NCBI GenBank assembly: GCA_034660515.1
Contig: JAYEJI010000183.1
Span: forward strand, 1-58,519
Reading direction: 5' to 3'
DNA length: 58,519 nt
Source: Fidelibacterota bacterium
GTDB taxonomy: Bacteria; Fidelibacterota; Fidelibacteria; Fidelibacterales; Fidelibacteraceae
Under the pieces are notes generated by a model that made no database searches, was not told the origin of the DNA, and was given only the letters and a program-made list of their open reading frames with translations. Within the stretch, counting starts at the first letter, position 1. Every line of letters begins with the position of its first letter. The position numbers and the translations under genes were made by a program. Positions 55,995 to 58,519 of this stretch are shown here, one piece after another.

Positions 55995-57089
55995 TTAAAG
56001 TAAATCATACCCTGTGCTTCGTCCGCCGCCCGGAAGTTTGTATAATATCTTTTTATCAATAAGATCTTGAATATCCCGTGTTGCCGTATCCTGTGAACAC
56101 TTGGCAATATTTGCCCATTTTGAGCTTGTCAGTTTTCCCTCAAATCCATCCAATAATCGATTTAGCAATTTCTTTTGCCGTTCATTTATGATAGTAGAAG
56201 CGTTGCTGACCCAAAAGTTGTGTTTGAATATCACTTTTTCCAGAATCGTTTCGGATGATTCTAAGGCATGTAATAGACAATGTAAGAACCACTCTAACCA
56301 ATTTGTGATGTCAAGCGTTCCTTTTTGTGTTTGTTCCAGTATGTCATAATACTGTTTCCGCTCTTTTCTTATTTGTGTGGACATGCTATAGAAGCGTTGG
56401 GATTGATTGTCTGATCGGGCAAGTTGCATGTCAGAGATCGCGCGGGCGATTCTGCCATTGCCGTCTTCGAAAGGGTGGAGTGTGACAAACCATAAATGAG
56501 TAATGGCGGCCATTATAACAGGGTCTATATCTTGATCATTGTTTAACCATTCTAAGAAAATTTTCATTTCTATTTCCAATGAACTTGCATCAGGAGCCTG
56601 ATAATGTACTTTTTCTTTTCCCATAGGACCGGAAATAACCTGCATAGGCCCTTTTGAATCATCCCGCCATTTTCCCGTAAGAACCTTGAATATTCCACTA
56701 TATCCGCTTGGAAATAATGCACTTTGCCAGGCAAAAAGTCGATCTTTATCCAAGAGCTTATCAAAGCACTCTGTTGCATCGATCATCATTTCAACCACAC
56801 CATCTACATTTCTGTCAGAGGAAACCAATCCTGAGATATCTAAACCCAGTCGGCGGGCTACTGATGAACGCACTTGCCCGGGATCTAATAATTCACCTTC
56901 TATTTCTGTCGATTTCAAAACGTCCTGCGTGAGGATCTCAAGATTAGCCTGATCCTTTAATTCAAAACCCAAAGCACTCATTTTTCCCACAACACGACCT
57001 TGCAAATTTCGCACCTTTGTCAGCAGGGTTAGAAGCTTTACAGTATCCCATTTGAATTGTGGCCACTCACTTTGTTCGTATATGTACAT
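55995..57089 (-). CDS. Fic family protein (DUF4172-type N-terminus, Fic core, C-terminal winged HTH)
   Basis: 364 aa with the canonical HPFEDGNGRIAR active-site motif. An N-terminal inhibitory-helix-like STEIEG matches (S/T)xxxE(G/N). The C-terminal HTH-like segment is IAKCSQDTATRDIQDLIDKKIL. Confidence 0.85.
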   Translation of the reverse strand: MYIYEQSEWPQFKWDTVKLLTLLTKVRNLQGRVVGKMSALGFELKDQANLEILTQDVLKSTEIEGELLDPGQVRSSVARRLGLDISGLVSSDRNVDGVVEMMIDATECFDKLLDKDRLFAWQSALFPSGYSGIFKVLTGKWRDDSKGPMQVISGPMGKEKVHYQAPDASSLEIEMKIFLEWLNNDQDIDPVIMAAITHLWFVTLHPFEDGNGRIARAISDMQLARSDNQSQRFYSMSTQIRKERKQYYDILEQTQKGTLDITNWLEWFLHCLLHALESSETILEKVIFKHNFWVSNASTIINERQKKLLNRLLDGFEGKLTSSKWANIAKCSQDTATRDIQDLIDKKILYKLPGGGRSTGYDLL

Positions 57090-57095
57090 ATTATA

Positions 57096-57168
57096 CTCCG
57101 CACATTATGCGGTAAATATAGTGCCTTATCTCCGCAATAGCAATTAATATCTGCAAAATATGCGGAGA
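57096..57168 (-). promoter_or_regulatory. Four mutually complementary segments (CTCCGCA / TGCGGAG / CCGCA / TGCGGAG) in the Fic leader; the last one contains the SD
   Basis: The minus strand reads 5' TCTCCGCA-24 nt-TGCGGAGA-16 nt-CCGCA taatg TGCGGAG tataat ATG. Confidence 0.5.
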
Positions 57169-57302
57169 ATATATGGGGAGATTTCCATAAGCATAATAAA
57201 TTATTGAGTTATAAAAGAAGGGTTTTTGTCACTTTTCCCATTGAAAATATAGTTATAATTTATAAATTATCACTTTGGGTAATCAAAGGGTAAGGAGTCA
57301 TA

Positions 57303-58519
57303 ATGAATCCAATCTTTATCGGGATCATTATTTATTTGATCATTATTCTATATATCGGCATCAAATCGGTCAATAAAAACAAGACCAATGCGGATTATTT
57401 GCTGGCAGACCGGAAATTGGGATCCTGGGCCATATCATTGTCGGAGAGAGCCAGCGGGGAATCCGCGTGGCTGCTTCTTGGACTTCCCGGCGCGGCATTA
57501 ATAAGCGGAATGTTAGAGATATGGGTCGTGATCGGAAGCTTATTGGGAATTATCATTGTGTGGAAATTCCTGGCAAAACCGATCCGCGACCTTGCGGGAG
57601 AATACGATTCTCTGACATTGCCCGACCTTATAGCCCGTTATTTTAATGATGAAAAGGCCTTAAGATTGATCGCATCCTTGATCATCACATTTTTCTTTAC
57701 CTTTTACGTGGCCGCGCAATTCAACGGAGCCGGCAAAGTTCTCAACGTCATGTTTGGAATGCCGCAGGAAACGGGCATGCTCATCGGGGCGGGTGTGATA
57801 TTGCTTTACACGATCCTCGGCGGATTCAATGCTGTGGTCTGGACCGACGTGGTTCAATCATTGATCATGATCCTGGTCCTGGTATTGTTGCCGATCCTGG
57901 GCTTCATTGAGATCATGAACACCGATCCGGCGATCCTCCACGATTTTTCAAAGGAAACATTATCTCTGACCGGAACTTACACGGGAATTGCGGGAATTTT
58001 TGCGATCATCAGTGGACTCAGTTGGGGTTTCGGCTATATGGGGCAACCGCATCTGATCGTCAGATATATGGCGATCAAAAATCCCGATGATATTAAAAAA
58101 GGCCGAAAGATCGCTTATTTTTGGGCGATCCCAGCTTTTATTGGAGCTTTCCTCATCGGATTGATCGCATACAAATTGTACGGCCAAGGTATTGTGAGCG
58201 ATCCCGAACAGATCATGCCTTATATGGCGAAAAACCTTTTGCCTGCATGGTTCGCGGGAATTCTGATCTCCGGCGCCATGGCTGCCATGATGTCCACGGC
58301 CGATTCGCAACTGCTGGTTACGGCATCGGCCATTTCCGAAGATATCGTTCACAAAGTCGGGAAAAAAAAGCTTAGTCCCGAAAAAATGTTGACAACCAGC
58401 AGGATCATCACGCTTGCTGTTGGTATATTGGCTTTCATCATAGCATGGTTCTCGACCGATCTGATCTTCAAGCTCGTTTCCTATGCCTGGTCGGGATTGG
58501 GGGCAAGTTTCGGACCGGT
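57303..58519 (+). CDS. Sodium:solute symporter family transporter (PutP/PanF-like), 3'-truncated by the window end
   Basis: The frame is open from the ATG at 57303 (taaggag RBS) to the window edge and is absent from the ORF track because it has no stop. Translation gives MNPIFIGIIIYLIIILYIGIKSV..ADYLLADRKLG.W...S..AS.ES.W...G.PG and VVWTDVVQS. Confidence 0.8.
   Translation, partial: MNPIFIGIIIYLIIILYIGIKSVNKNKTNADYLLADRKLGSWAISLSERASGESAWLLLGLPGAALISGMLEIWVVIGSLLGIIIVWKFLAKPIRDLAGEYDSLTLPDLIARYFNDEKALRLIASLIITFFFTFYVAAQFNGAGKVLNVMFGMPQETGMLIGAGVILLYTILGGFNAVVWTDVVQSLIMILVLVLLPILGFIEIMNTDPAILHDFSKETLSLTGTYTGIAGIFAIISGLSWGFGYMGQPHLIVRYMAIKNPDDIKKGRKIAYFWAIPAFIGAFLIGLIAYKLYGQGIVSDPEQIMPYMAKNLLPAWFAGILISGAMAAMMSTADSQLLVTASAISEDIVHKVGKKKLSPEKMLTTSRIITLAVGILAFIIAWFSTDLIFKLVSYAWSGLGASFGP

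Noticed and set aside
57660-58352. Minus-strand ORFs at 57660..57857 and 57960..58352, plus the plus-strand ORF at 58121..58375.
   Set aside because: They overlap the open plus-strand frame from 57303, which encodes a clear Na+/solute symporter. That frame was missing from the track only because it has no stop in the window.

Overview
This 58.5-kb window is moderately AT-rich, densely coding bacterial chromosome. All calls rest on motif recognition by eye; no homology search, folding or statistics were run.

The gene content points to an FCB-superphylum anaerobe, possibly Cloacimonadota-like, but that placement is a low-confidence inference. The supporting content is many T9SS C-terminal sorting domains, a PorV-like barrel, CarboxypepD_reg-type TonB-dependent receptors, a Bacteroidetes/Chlamydia-style V-type ATPase operon, and ETF plus acyl-CoA dehydrogenase.

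Genes from left to right:
- A lipid kinase, a TPR histidine kinase and a GH13 amylase lipoprotein.
- A fatty-acid module: DegV, etfBA, a long acyl-CoA dehydrogenase, a second DegV, a FakA-like DAK2 protein and PlsY.
- A Na+/solute symporter and a GH13 pullulanase.
- SRP RNA followed by dnaX.
- A roughly 15.5-kb operon with two paralogous pairs of TonB-dependent receptor plus a 720-740 aa CTD-bearing partner of unknown family, around a PorV-like barrel. It also carries lipoproteins and beta-propeller T9SS cargo.
- lpdA, parAB, an M23 peptidase and a bactofilin.
- A V-type ATPase operon (E, DUF2764-like, A, B, D, I, K).
- A phosphodiester-glycosidase T9SS cargo, nadC, miaA, queF, a lipoprotein, a class-II-like Fic protein and a partial second Na+/solute symporter.

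Most interesting observations:
1. The duplicated receptor/partner/PorV operon looks like a candidate non-SusD surface uptake system.
2. CGTRAC heptamer arrays sit 1-3 nt after stop codons and place a stop in all three frames. They belong to larger period-7 intergenic islands.
3. A palindromic element occurs twice with compensatory arm substitutions, at the same distance from two T9SS-cargo start codons.
4. dnaX contains an in-frame A_AAA_AAG slippery heptamer in the linker region, with a -1 frame stop five codons later.
5. The Fic leader has four complementary segments, one of which contains the Shine-Dalgarno sequence.
6. A 144-bp hairpin element supplies the 3' end of miaA.
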